A stretch of 64,000 nucleotides of DNA from a virus. Below, piece by piece: positions 7,167 to 17,062 of the stretch. Made by a program: the position numbers and the translations under genes. The notes beneath the pieces are model-generated. The model saw only the letters and a program-made list of their open reading frames with translations. It ran no database searches and was not told where the DNA came from. The DNA lies in the IMG/VR virus record IMGVR_UViG_3300024520_000050, positions 32,001-96,000 of that record. One strand, 5' to 3'. How positions within the stretch are numbered: the stretch's first letter is position 1; each line of letters opens with the position of its first letter.

Positions 7167-7865
7167 ATGAAGATTAACGGCTATGATATAACAGCTAAGA
7201 ATGTGTGGGCATACATACAAGGAACTGGGCGCAAAGCACTCAGTGAAAGATATTCAGATATATTTCAATCACCACAACATATCCAAGAGCAGATAGTCTG
7301 GCGCGAAGTGATAGCAAATAAGGAATGTTACACATCAGGAAAGTGTATACATTGTAAATGTAAAATGCCAGACAAGTTATATTCAGATAAAGGATGTGAT
7401 GATGGGTGTTACCCGGAAATAATGAATAGAGATGCATGGAATAACTTCAAACAGTTGTGTGCGCGTAATAAGAGTGATATGTATAATCGTAAGTTCGACT
7501 GGGAAACAGCTCTGGCGGACATGACTAGCTTAGGCCCTGTATCATTTCTATCTCTTATTAGTTCTGATAAAGCAAGCGTGCACCTCGGCGTGGGCCGAGA
7601 AGGTGATATACTCAATCATACATTCGAATTATTCAATCCACATCAAAAGAAACTAACTATAAATCATATACAACCTAGTTGTCATTGTACAACTGCAGTA
7701 CCAAAGTCATATGATATAGAACCTAATGAACATGGTGATATAGATATATTTGTTAATACAAAAGATCTAGAGATAAGAGATCATGAAGTGTGGTTAACAA
7801 TTAGATATAATGATATAGAACGAATTAGCTTACAAATAATTTATACTCTTAAAGAAAAATTATAA
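7167..7865 (+). CDS. Cys-rich Zn-binding domain fused to a DUF1573-like Ig domain
   Basis: GKCIHCKC...GC...CYPEIM...W in the N-half, and FELFNPHQKKLTINHIQPSCHCT (DUF1573 signature) in the C-half. Confidence 0.6.
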   Translation: MKINGYDITAKNVWAYIQGTGRKALSERYSDIFQSPQHIQEQIVWREVIANKECYTSGKCIHCKCKMPDKLYSDKGCDDGCYPEIMNRDAWNNFKQLCARNKSDMYNRKFDWETALADMTSLGPVSFLSLISSDKASVHLGVGREGDILNHTFELFNPHQKKLTINHIQPSCHCTTAVPKSYDIEPNEHGDIDIFVNTKDLEIRDHEVWLTIRYNDIERISLQIIYTLKEKL

Positions 7866-7887
7866 CTAACAACTAACAACTAACTAA

Positions 7888-8631
7888 ATGAAAAAGAAAT
7901 TTTACATGGATACTGAGTTCCATGAATATCAAAAAGATACTACATTACTAAAGGATGCAATTAATTCATCAAGTGTACATCAAACATTAATTGATACAAT
8001 TGAATTAATATCAATTGGTATTATAGATGAAGACGGAAATGAATACTATGCAATATCTAATGAATTTGATATAGATGATGCATGGAATAATGAATGGTTA
8101 AGAGATAATGTACTTAAGAATTTATTTGATAGTAAGATATCAGGTAATAAAACAAGTAGAGAATCAATGACTATTAAGAACTTTAAATCTTATATACTTT
8201 GTTGTGGTAAATCTAAATATCAAATAAGAGAAGAAATTAAATCATTTTGTGTAAATGGAGATTATACTGATGTGAAAAAGAGAATGGATGAAGGTTTAGA
8301 AACTATAGAACCTATTCCAGTTAATGATTACGAATTCTATGCCTACTATGGTGATTACGATTGGGTTGTATTCTGTTGGTTATTCGGAAGAATGATTGAC
8401 TTACCTAAAGGATTCCCAATGTATTGTAAAGATCTCAAGCAATTATTAGATGGTAAAGCAGAACTATTAAAAAAGAAAATATCTAATAGATTCTCTAAAG
8501 GTTTAGATTTTGATGAAGTATTATTTATTAAATCATTACATAATTATCCAACACAAGATAATCTCCATAATGCATTAGATGATGCTAAATGGAATAAAAA
8601 ATTACATGAATTTTTAAATGAATTGCAATGA
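7888..8631 (+). CDS. DEDDh 3'-5' exoribonuclease (Rv2179c/DUF5051-like)
   Basis: MDTEF, ELISIGII, YYGDYDWV and HNALDDAKW motifs. Confidence 0.85.
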   Translation: MKKKFYMDTEFHEYQKDTTLLKDAINSSSVHQTLIDTIELISIGIIDEDGNEYYAISNEFDIDDAWNNEWLRDNVLKNLFDSKISGNKTSRESMTIKNFKSYILCCGKSKYQIREEIKSFCVNGDYTDVKKRMDEGLETIEPIPVNDYEFYAYYGDYDWVVFCWLFGRMIDLPKGFPMYCKDLKQLLDGKAELLKKKISNRFSKGLDFDEVLFIKSLHNYPTQDNLHNALDDAKWNKKLHEFLNELQ

Positions 8632-8789
8632 TGAAATGGATCAAACAATTATTCTGTAAACACAATTATGAGAAAACATATAGTATTCATGGAGATATGA
8701 TTATTATGACAGGATATAAAAGAAGTGTATGGAGATGCACTAAATGTAAAAAACATAAATTTAGTAACTATTTAAATAAATTAAAATGA
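8628..8789 (+). CDS. 53-aa Zn-ribbon protein (DUF1660-like)
   Basis: MMKWIKQLFCKHNY...WRCTKCKKHK, with ATGA overlaps at both ends. Not in the ORF track. Confidence 0.75.
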   Translation: MMKWIKQLFCKHNYEKTYSIHGDMIIMTGYKRSVWRCTKCKKHKFSNYLNKLK

Positions 8790-9133
8790 AACAAGTAAAA
8801 GAAAATGCAGTAGTAGCAAATAACTCACATTCATATTCAGTTAATACATATACAGTTGGCCCTAATGGATTAGAAATAACTGGTGCTCAACCTATTAATT
8901 TAGTACGTGGATCTAAAGTAGATGGTGAAAATATACTTTCTAAACAAGATGGATTCTTAACTGAACAATTACTATGGATTGCACAAAATTATCTATCAGA
9001 AGTAAATGTAGGTGATATGAAGACTAGAGAAACATCAATTGCTATTACTAAGATACAAGAGGCATTAATGTGGATTAATAAGCGTCATGATGATAGAGTA
9101 GAACGTAAGGTGTTAAATACTTATAATAAATAA
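8786..9133 (+). CDS. tad1: Tad1-like immune-signal sponge (anti-Thoeris family)
   Basis: C-terminus DGFLTEQLLWIAQNYL...G...RETSIAITKIQEALMWINKRHDDRVERKVLNTYNK follows the Tad1 signature as I recall it (G-x4-LL-x-I...RE-x3-A-x-T-x3-EALMW-x-N-x-R-x2-DR-x-ER-x-VL-x-T). The N-terminal HxY is also present. Confidence 0.75.
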   Translation: MKQVKENAVVANNSHSYSVNTYTVGPNGLEITGAQPINLVRGSKVDGENILSKQDGFLTEQLLWIAQNYLSEVNVGDMKTRETSIAITKIQEALMWINKRHDDRVERKVLNTYNK

Positions 9134-9579
9134 TGATAAATAAGAAACATAAGCAAAGCATTCGTAAGTTATTAAGTGGTACTAATCTTGATCACTGGAG
9201 TTTAGCATTACAGATATTAACTGGTCAACTTAGTCGAGATAACGCTGAATCAATGATACTACAGTATATTATTAATATACATAATTATAAGATTGAGAGT
9301 AAAATGACAAGTAGTATTAGAACTTGGATTAAAGAGAAAATAATTAATGAGAAATTAATTAATTATTTCAATAGAACCTTTAAATACATAACTGGATTAC
9401 GTGAGCAATTAACAAATGGTCATACTGTACAACATAACGGAGTTCTTACATTATGTCAACTTGAAGACTGGTTTGACTCTATTATTACATCACGCAAACA
9501 AAAAAGTATTACATTGTCATGTGGAAAAGAAATAGCAGAACTATTTGATGAACTAATAAAAGAAGAAATAAATGTATAA
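9133..9579 (+). CDS. Chimeric protein carrying a 56-aa copy of an internal MCP segment
   Basis: Residues 88-143 align to MCP 314-372 with 29 identities (hand alignment, one 3-aa gap). Confidence 0.85.
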   Translation: MINKKHKQSIRKLLSGTNLDHWSLALQILTGQLSRDNAESMILQYIINIHNYKIESKMTSSIRTWIKEKIINEKLINYFNRTFKYITGLREQLTNGHTVQHNGVLTLCQLEDWFDSIITSRKQKSITLSCGKEIAELFDELIKEEINV

Positions 9580-9620
9580 TTGTCCACCTGGCGAACCATT
9601 AACATGGAAAACACAAAGAT

Positions 9621-10538
9621 ATGAAGAAAGGAGAGACTGGATCGAACGTAAAGGATCTACAATATAAATTAAAGAAAGTATTAAATCGTAATATATCAAT
9701 TGATGGTGATTATGGTAATACAACAAAACAAGCAGTTTGGGATTTTCAAGGATTATATAATCTATATGTAGATGGTGTAGCAGGAGAGAAAACAATGGCT
9801 GTATTAAATAGAGCATATAATGCCTTACATAAAGAAAATAGTAACTTACTTAATCTTGGAAAGAAACGATTTGTTATCTTTGTTGATGCTGGTCATGGCG
9901 GTATTAATGATAATGGCAACTATACAACATCCGGAAAACGTGCATACCATAATGGACGTGAACTACATGAACGTGGACACTACTATGAAGGTTATGAGAA
10001 TAGAATAGTTGCAGAAGCATTTATAGAAGCTTGCATGAATAAAGGAATCATGTGTATTCGCACATATCATCCATCCAAAGATACATCTCTTTCGTATCGT
10101 ACTGATTTAATTAGATCATATCTACGTAGAGGATATTATGGATATATGCATTCATTTCATTCTAATGCTATTGCATCATCTAACTCACAAAGTAAAATGG
10201 AAGCAACCAAAGGTTATATGGTATTTAATACTAGAGGAGATACATTTTCAGATGATATAGCTACTATACATTATAATAATGTTAAGGATGAAATAGGAGA
10301 AGGTAACTGGAATTTTAGAGTACAAAAACAAGATGATGGAGATATCGATTTTGAAGTCAATTTCCAAATGTTAAGGGAAACAGATTTAAATGAATTCGAA
10401 AACTTTGGTGCAATACTAGATGAATGGGGATTTCATACATCTGGTGAAGACTGTCAATTTATATTAGACAGTAGAGAACAACGAATAAACGCATGTCTTA
10501 AGACAGCACAATGGGTAAAACAAAAATTAAATAACTAA
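9621..10538 (+). CDS. Endolysin: PG-binding domain + N-acetylmuramoyl-L-alanine amidase (Amidase_3)
   Basis: VKDLQYKL...IDGDYGNTTKQAVWDFQ...VDGVAG (PG_binding_1). Zn and catalytic residues in DAGHGG, YEN, SFHSNA and LDEWGF. Confidence 0.9.
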   Translation: MKKGETGSNVKDLQYKLKKVLNRNISIDGDYGNTTKQAVWDFQGLYNLYVDGVAGEKTMAVLNRAYNALHKENSNLLNLGKKRFVIFVDAGHGGINDNGNYTTSGKRAYHNGRELHERGHYYEGYENRIVAEAFIEACMNKGIMCIRTYHPSKDTSLSYRTDLIRSYLRRGYYGYMHSFHSNAIASSNSQSKMEATKGYMVFNTRGDTFSDDIATIHYNNVKDEIGEGNWNFRVQKQDDGDIDFEVNFQMLRETDLNEFENFGAILDEWGFHTSGEDCQFILDSREQRINACLKTAQWVKQKLNN

Positions 10539-11116
10539 TGCCGAATTTTATTGCACAAACAGAAGCTCAGATTACTAGTGATCTGGCTACATATGGATAT
10601 GTTCATACGGAAACAACTAATGGGATAACTCCATTAGTTATGTATTTTACTGATTCATTAGGATCAATATTAAAACTTAGTGTAGATACAAGTATTCCAT
10701 TATCTACAGCAATGGTTTATACTAACAATGTAACCAATTGTCATCGAGAGCAAGTTGCTGTACTTGCCAGTTCAGTAGTTACAGATCTAGCATCATTAGA
10801 TGCTTTATTAATTGCCGTATATCCTGTTGTGGACCCTATGGTAATTAAAGTAGAAGAACTAGCAAGTGTCGAAGAAAGAGAAGTATTAGTACCCACAGGA
10901 ACCACATATTATACAGTAACTGAATTTACAGATGATGATTTAATTGTTTATAATGTAGGTGGTGTACAATCTCCATATCGAGATCGTACTTTATCTTGGG
11001 TACCAGTTACTCTCGTAGGACCAAGTTGGTTCTTAAATAATGATCTTACAGTACAAGTAAATACAGCAGATGTATTTAATATTGCTCTTGGTAACTATAT
11101 AGTAGTAAAACCATAA
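10538..11116 (+). CDS. Hypothetical protein, beta-rich (possibly virion-associated)
   Basis: T/V-rich composition, 1-nt overlap with the endolysin. Confidence 0.65.
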   Translation: MPNFIAQTEAQITSDLATYGYVHTETTNGITPLVMYFTDSLGSILKLSVDTSIPLSTAMVYTNNVTNCHREQVAVLASSVVTDLASLDALLIAVYPVVDPMVIKVEELASVEEREVLVPTGTTYYTVTEFTDDDLIVYNVGGVQSPYRDRTLSWVPVTLVGPSWFLNNDLTVQVNTADVFNIALGNYIVVKP

Positions 11117-11140
11117 TAACTAATAACTAACTAAAATAAT

Positions 11141-11809
11141 ATGAACTTATCAAATCGTTTATTTCAGATAATAGATGAAGAACCCGTATATTGTGTAATA
11201 CTTATAAATATTAAGTGTTACAAAGAATTGTATATGTTGGATAAAAGTGATGATAAACATAAATATGCACAACACTTAGTATATATATGGTATACTTGCG
11301 ATCCATCATCACCTTACTTTAATTCAGAAGAAAGAGAACTAGATGCAGCCATGGAAGTTTATGGACGTAAAAAAGTAATGACAAAGCAATTAAAGAAATG
11401 TATGACGGAATATAATAAACGTCAGTCAACCCCAATGATCCGTGCGTATAAACGTGCAATGAAAATAGCAGATCAACAGGAATCACTACTTAAAAAGAAT
11501 GCTAGTCAAGTACAAGAATTCGAAAGACTTATTGATGATGCAACAACATTAATGCGTACACTAGGATGTAATCCAGATGATATATTAACTCGTATTGAGT
11601 TAATGGAACGTTTAGAAGATCTACAAACTAAGAAGATTAAACGTGAATCTGATATGGCAGCATTAATACCAAAAATAAATAAACAGGTTAAAGATCTGTT
11701 AGAACTTAAAAAAGAAGTGGATAAAGATAGAATGCAAATAGATAGTGACGATAATAAAGATGCTATATCTAATTTTATTGTTGATGCATTCATAGAGAAA
11801 TATATGTAA
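11141..11809 (+). CDS. Putative terminase small subunit
   Basis: Directly upstream of TerL. The LDKSDDK...YIWY..D..SPY pattern is typical of the crAss-like pre-TerL gene. Confidence 0.55.
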   Translation: MNLSNRLFQIIDEEPVYCVILINIKCYKELYMLDKSDDKHKYAQHLVYIWYTCDPSSPYFNSEERELDAAMEVYGRKKVMTKQLKKCMTEYNKRQSTPMIRAYKRAMKIADQQESLLKKNASQVQEFERLIDDATTLMRTLGCNPDDILTRIELMERLEDLQTKKIKRESDMAALIPKINKQVKDLLELKKEVDKDRMQIDSDDNKDAISNFIVDAFIEKYM

Positions 11810-11818
11810 TAACTAACT

Positions 11819-14284
11819 ATGTATAAAACCAAACAAGACTTAAAGAATATACAATTAGAATATGATAAAGGTGTTTTACTTCCAACAGCAAAAGAGAAGT
11901 TGATAATTAATCCTAAGATAGCATATGAGGTAACTAATATTGATGTTAAACAATCAATACCTGAACATGCTATATTAAAAAGGATTGAACCTGTATATGG
12001 TATAATCAGTGACTTCTCTAAAGAATATACTCCGGTAGATAATCTATTGTGGGACTATTTATATTTTACTGATTCTAAATTATTCGCACCTGCAGGAGAA
12101 GCATTCATGAAAAGTCTTAATGCTACTAAAGGTAAGACTGGGTTAAAACCAACATATACTAAACACTTACCCGGAACAACAGCATACAACAGATTCTGGG
12201 AAGAAGAGTTCCTTCGTATAACAAAAGGATATGAACCAGAAATAGATGGTAAACCTTGTGGTATTAAGATACCTGGTGAGTTTTATTTTTATCTGAATTA
12301 TGGTTGGATGCAAAAAGTAGAGTTCAATGATAAAGGAGAAGTAATAAGTGATAAGTCAGGTGTTCCTGATTTTCTATCGATGGATTATTACTTCTATAAA
12401 GAATTAGAAGCTAGAGAAAATCCTGCTAAATATAATCTACCTTTTGAATATAAACAATCTATGTCAATTACTAAGTCTCGTCGTAAAGGATTTAGTTATA
12501 AAGCAGGGTCAGGAGCAGTATGGTGTACAGCATTTAGAGACAAAGCAAAAGTCCTTATTGCGTCAGCTCAAGGAAAAGATGCTACCTTGTGCTTTCAGAA
12601 AGCAATGGATATTATTGATCATATAACATTATATACTCCTTTTGGTAGAAAGAATCCAGGACATCCAAGTTCTAATGGAGGTTGGAAGCATATGACAATG
12701 AGTCAAACTAAGGATCATGGCGAGTTTGTTTTCGGGTTAATTAATACTCGTACAAGAATGAAGAAAGGAAGACGTAGTGAAATAGTTACAGCGTCTTTAT
12801 TTAATAAACCAGATGCTGCTTCTGGTGAAGGTCTTACAAGACTATATATAGAGGAAGCAGGAAAGATATCTAATTTAGCTGATGCATGGGTATTCTCATT
12901 AGAATCAATGCGTGTAGGTTCTGTATATCGTTCAGGGATTGCAGTAATATTTGGAACTGGTGGATCTATGGTATCTGCTTCAGGGAAGAAAGGTTCATCG
13001 CAAGATTTTGCTAATATGAATGATAGACCTGAATCAGTAGGATTAGCTGCATTTAAAAACATATATGAATATAAACCTACACAACGTAAATGTGGTTTCT
13101 TTGTATCTGATATGTGGGCTAACTTTGGTTCTAAGATAACCATAGATGGTAAAGTGCATTATGGTTTAGATAAAAATGGTAATGCATGTTTTTGGGTTGC
13201 TGAATTAGCATTAAATAAAGAACGTGCAGGTAAACGACCACCATTAGGTAAGAAAAGAATATTTGATAAATTCCTTACACAACGTTGTAAAACCCCAGCA
13301 GAAGCATTTCTTATTACAACTGGTAGTCGATTTCAAACTGAAGATCTTGTTGAACGTAAGACTAAAATAGCTATATCACGAGGAGGATTTGAATCATTAC
13401 GGATGCCAGGTGAATTAGTAGACATAGATGGTCGAGTAGAGTTTATACCTAAACCTCATGAAGAACCATTATTAAATACATATAATGAAGCAGAAAGAGA
13501 AGGTTGCTTCTTAAGATATGAACCACCATTAAAATTAGGTGGATCAATACCAGATGATGCATATATTATTTCAGTGGATCCAATTGGTATTAATACAGAT
13601 ACAGGTGGATCATTGACGGCTATTATTGTATTTAAGACAAGAAAGTATGAATCATGGTTAGGTCCTGAAAAGATTGTAGGTATTTACTTTGGTCGTAAGA
13701 AACTTAATCCACAAGGATATGTACATAGATTATTACTTAAATTATCTAAATATTATAATGCTAAGATAACTATAGAGAATGATAGAGATGGTGGTATACC
13801 TCAATACTTTATTCGTAAAGGAGAAGCTGCTAGATTAATGGGACCTCCTATTACTACAATGGAGAAGATTATGCCAGGTAGTAAAACATCACGTAGACCG
13901 TATGGTCATTCAATGTCAACAGTTCGACATAAACAAATTGGAGAAGATTTATTATATGAATGGTTAGATTTACGTGGATCTAATATAACTTATTATGATG
14001 AAGAAGATGGTGAAAAGACTATTGAATCAGGATTACGTAATATAGATAGATTAGAAGATCAACTACTAATTGAACAATTAATTAAGTACGAACGTGGTGG
14101 TAACTACGATTTAGTTATGGCAATGATGGGAATTGTAGTTCAATTAAAAGAATGGTACGATCCAGAAGATACAGATCCATATGAAGAAAATAGTATATCA
14201 GATCAACTTAATAAATGGAAAGTAAAACGATTTGGCTCATATGAAGACAAATTAAAATATAACAAAAGAAAATTTAAACGATAA
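11819..14284 (+). CDS. terL: Terminase large subunit
   Basis: Walker A-like TKSRRKGFSY, Walker B LYIEEAG, RNase H-like IISVDPIG and YDLVMA. Confidence 0.93.
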   Translation: MYKTKQDLKNIQLEYDKGVLLPTAKEKLIINPKIAYEVTNIDVKQSIPEHAILKRIEPVYGIISDFSKEYTPVDNLLWDYLYFTDSKLFAPAGEAFMKSLNATKGKTGLKPTYTKHLPGTTAYNRFWEEEFLRITKGYEPEIDGKPCGIKIPGEFYFYLNYGWMQKVEFNDKGEVISDKSGVPDFLSMDYYFYKELEARENPAKYNLPFEYKQSMSITKSRRKGFSYKAGSGAVWCTAFRDKAKVLIASAQGKDATLCFQKAMDIIDHITLYTPFGRKNPGHPSSNGGWKHMTMSQTKDHGEFVFGLINTRTRMKKGRRSEIVTASLFNKPDAASGEGLTRLYIEEAGKISNLADAWVFSLESMRVGSVYRSGIAVIFGTGGSMVSASGKKGSSQDFANMNDRPESVGLAAFKNIYEYKPTQRKCGFFVSDMWANFGSKITIDGKVHYGLDKNGNACFWVAELALNKERAGKRPPLGKKRIFDKFLTQRCKTPAEAFLITTGSRFQTEDLVERKTKIAISRGGFESLRMPGELVDIDGRVEFIPKPHEEPLLNTYNEAEREGCFLRYEPPLKLGGSIPDDAYIISVDPIGINTDTGGSLTAIIVFKTRKYESWLGPEKIVGIYFGRKKLNPQGYVHRLLLKLSKYYNAKITIENDRDGGIPQYFIRKGEAARLMGPPITTMEKIMPGSKTSRRPYGHSMSTVRHKQIGEDLLYEWLDLRGSNITYYDEEDGEKTIESGLRNIDRLEDQLLIEQLIKYERGGNYDLVMAMMGIVVQLKEWYDPEDTDPYEENSISDQLNKWKVKRFGSYEDKLKYNKRKFKR

Positions 14285-14295
14285 AATTATTATTA

Positions 14296-17028
14296 ATGAA
14301 ATACTTTTTAAATCAACGTATCTCTGCCAAGAAGAAGAATAAAGCATGGAGAGAGAAAATGGTTGATCATTACGTTGAACTATCTTATACTTGGTATGAT
14401 GATTGGGATAGAATTCAAGAGAATTATGCTCTTAAAAACAATCAACTAGATCGTAAAGAAATAGCAAGTATATGCAAAGGTCTTGGTTCGGAAGAACATG
14501 CTGATGTATTTATTAATGCATATAATAAGACACACAATGTTATTGATGCTTTGCAAGGAGAAGAATGGAATCGTCCGTTTTCATATGGTATTATTAATAA
14601 TTCCAAGCAAGCAATAGATAAGATTGATAGAGACAAAAGACGTGAAATAGATGAGTCTGCAGATGCAATCTTCCAATTAGAAATGCAACGTCAACAAGAA
14701 CTTTATGGAATAGAAGAAAAGAAATTAGGAGAAGGAGGAGACGAACAGCAAACTCAAAAAGCTATTCAAGAATTACAAGAACGATATGATAAATTATATG
14801 GAAATATTGTTGATCCTAAGACAATATTTGACAAGTATAAAAATATAACTACCGCAGAAGAAATAGCCATACATAGAATTATGACTATGCAAGCAGCCAA
14901 ACTTAACCTTAAGTTTGTAAAGAATCAAACCTTTGAAGATGCTATAATTGCAGGTAGAGAAGCTGTAGAAATTTACTCACTACACGAAGATGACTTACCT
15001 AGAGTAAAACAAATTAACCCATTAAATTTATTTTTTCAGAAATCTCCTGATGTAATGTGGATTCAAGATTCAGATTATGCAGGGTATCGTGAATTGATGA
15101 CTATAGATAAGGTACTAGAAGACTATGGTGAATTCCTCACCAAAGCTGAATTCAAAAAACTAACTGAAACAGGTGCTTATGGTGGTGCAGTAAAAGGACT
15201 TCATCATCCATTCACAGTTAAACCTGGACACAAACAACCTTCTGAAGATACAGAAGTACGTGGGTTTCGTGATATTCCTCGTGGTAGAAATGGATTAACT
15301 AGTGAAGATTATTTTGCATTAAGTGAAGAATATGGTGGACCGGACAATGGTTACATGAGTAGTGATTATGTTAGTCGTATAGGATTAAGTGCTACTAATA
15401 ATAGAATAAGTAATCTACGTGAATTTATTGATGTGTATACTATTTATTGGAAGTCACAACGTAAGATAGGACACTACAAATTTATCAATGATTACGGCGA
15501 ACAAGACGAAACATATGTCTCAGAGTCGTTCTCAATTCCTAAGCGCGCCACGAAAGAAACAATACCAGATGGTTATACTAAATCTAAAGTTATACATTAT
15601 TGGACAGATTCTAATGATGATACGCAAAAGTTCTCATTAGAATGGATCTGGGTGCCAGAAGTATGGAAGGGGGTTAGAATTGGTAAAGACATATATTGTC
15701 AGACAGCGCCAGTACAACATGCCTATCAATCATTATTAAATCCCTATGAAGTTAAATTACCCATTTATGGTTATGTATACAATAATAGAAATGCATACAG
15801 TGTTTCTATCATGGACAGAATGAAACCGTGGCAGAAGATTTATTATGTCATTATGGCTAGACTACTTAAATTAATTAGTCAAGATAGAGGTGTTCTTACT
15901 TTTATTAACATACATATGTTAGATAAGAATTTAGGATTTGAAGAAGCATTGCGAGTTGCAGACGATGGTGGTATTGTACCATATAATCCATTAAGTAATT
16001 CTAAAGGAGCTGGTGGTTTTGGTAATATGAATACTATGAAAGTAGCTGAACGCATTGATGCTACTAACTCTCAAGCTATTCAACATTATATCACTATATT
16101 AGAATTTATTGAGAATAGTATTAAACTAGCAGCAGGTATGTCAGATCAACGTATGGCTCAAACAAATGCTCGTATGACTGCTACAGATAACTATAGAGAT
16201 ACAATGCATTCAATTAATATTACAGAGACCTTACATGCCGCACATGATTTATTGTGGGAAGACGTGTTACAGGGAATGATGGAAATGACCCTAAAAGTTC
16301 TTAGTGAAAGTACGGGGAAGATACGAGGCTTTCTAAACGATGAAGAAAAAGTATTAGTGGATCTAGATATGTTAAGTTTGGAAGACAACTTCCGATTACG
16401 TGTAGCAGATAATTCTAAAGCGTTTAAAATACTTGAACAATCTAAACAACTTGCTCATGCACTTGTACAGAATGATAAAGCTAGTCTTGATACATTAATT
16501 GAATTAATGGAGACAGAAAACTTAAGTGAATTCAAACACTTAGTTAGAGAAGCTGAGGAGAAACATCAAGAACGTCAAGAGCAACAACAACAATCTCAAC
16601 AAGATCATGAGAAAGAGATGGCTGAAATGCAACGTAAACAGAATGAAGATAACCAAATTGCTAAATTAGATGAGATTTACTTAAAAGGTAAATTAGACTT
16701 TGAAAAAGAAGAAATGAAAGCTGATAAACAAGCTGCTTCATTTGATCCTGAAAAAGATTATAATAGAGATGGTATTGCTGATTACTTGCAACAAGATCAA
16801 TTGCAGCAGAAAATAGATAATGAATCTCGTAAAATAGATCTTGATGAGTTTAAAGCAGGAATGGAAGAACGTAAAAATGAACAAGATCAACAAATTAAAT
16901 TAGATGAATCTTTAAGACAAACTGAAAAGGACAACGCAGATCGAGAAGTTACATCTTCTGCAAATGCACAGAAAAGTAAACTAGAGGCCATGAAAATAAA
17001 GGCAATGAAAGATAAAAAGTCTACATAA
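14296..17028 (+). CDS. Portal protein
   Basis: 910 aa directly after TerL. crAss-like portal motifs WIPEVWKG.RIG and SIMDRMKPWQ, and a coiled-coil C-terminus. Confidence 0.88.
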   Translation: MKYFLNQRISAKKKNKAWREKMVDHYVELSYTWYDDWDRIQENYALKNNQLDRKEIASICKGLGSEEHADVFINAYNKTHNVIDALQGEEWNRPFSYGIINNSKQAIDKIDRDKRREIDESADAIFQLEMQRQQELYGIEEKKLGEGGDEQQTQKAIQELQERYDKLYGNIVDPKTIFDKYKNITTAEEIAIHRIMTMQAAKLNLKFVKNQTFEDAIIAGREAVEIYSLHEDDLPRVKQINPLNLFFQKSPDVMWIQDSDYAGYRELMTIDKVLEDYGEFLTKAEFKKLTETGAYGGAVKGLHHPFTVKPGHKQPSEDTEVRGFRDIPRGRNGLTSEDYFALSEEYGGPDNGYMSSDYVSRIGLSATNNRISNLREFIDVYTIYWKSQRKIGHYKFINDYGEQDETYVSESFSIPKRATKETIPDGYTKSKVIHYWTDSNDDTQKFSLEWIWVPEVWKGVRIGKDIYCQTAPVQHAYQSLLNPYEVKLPIYGYVYNNRNAYSVSIMDRMKPWQKIYYVIMARLLKLISQDRGVLTFINIHMLDKNLGFEEALRVADDGGIVPYNPLSNSKGAGGFGNMNTMKVAERIDATNSQAIQHYITILEFIENSIKLAAGMSDQRMAQTNARMTATDNYRDTMHSINITETLHAAHDLLWEDVLQGMMEMTLKVLSESTGKIRGFLNDEEKVLVDLDMLSLEDNFRLRVADNSKAFKILEQSKQLAHALVQNDKASLDTLIELMETENLSEFKHLVREAEEKHQERQEQQQQSQQDHEKEMAEMQRKQNEDNQIAKLDEIYLKGKLDFEKEEMKADKQAASFDPEKDYNRDGIADYLQQDQLQQKIDNESRKIDLDEFKAGMEERKNEQDQQIKLDESLRQTEKDNADREVTSSANAQKSKLEAMKIKAMKDKKST

Positions 17029-17062
17029 TAAATAACTAACTAACTAACTAACTAAATAAATT

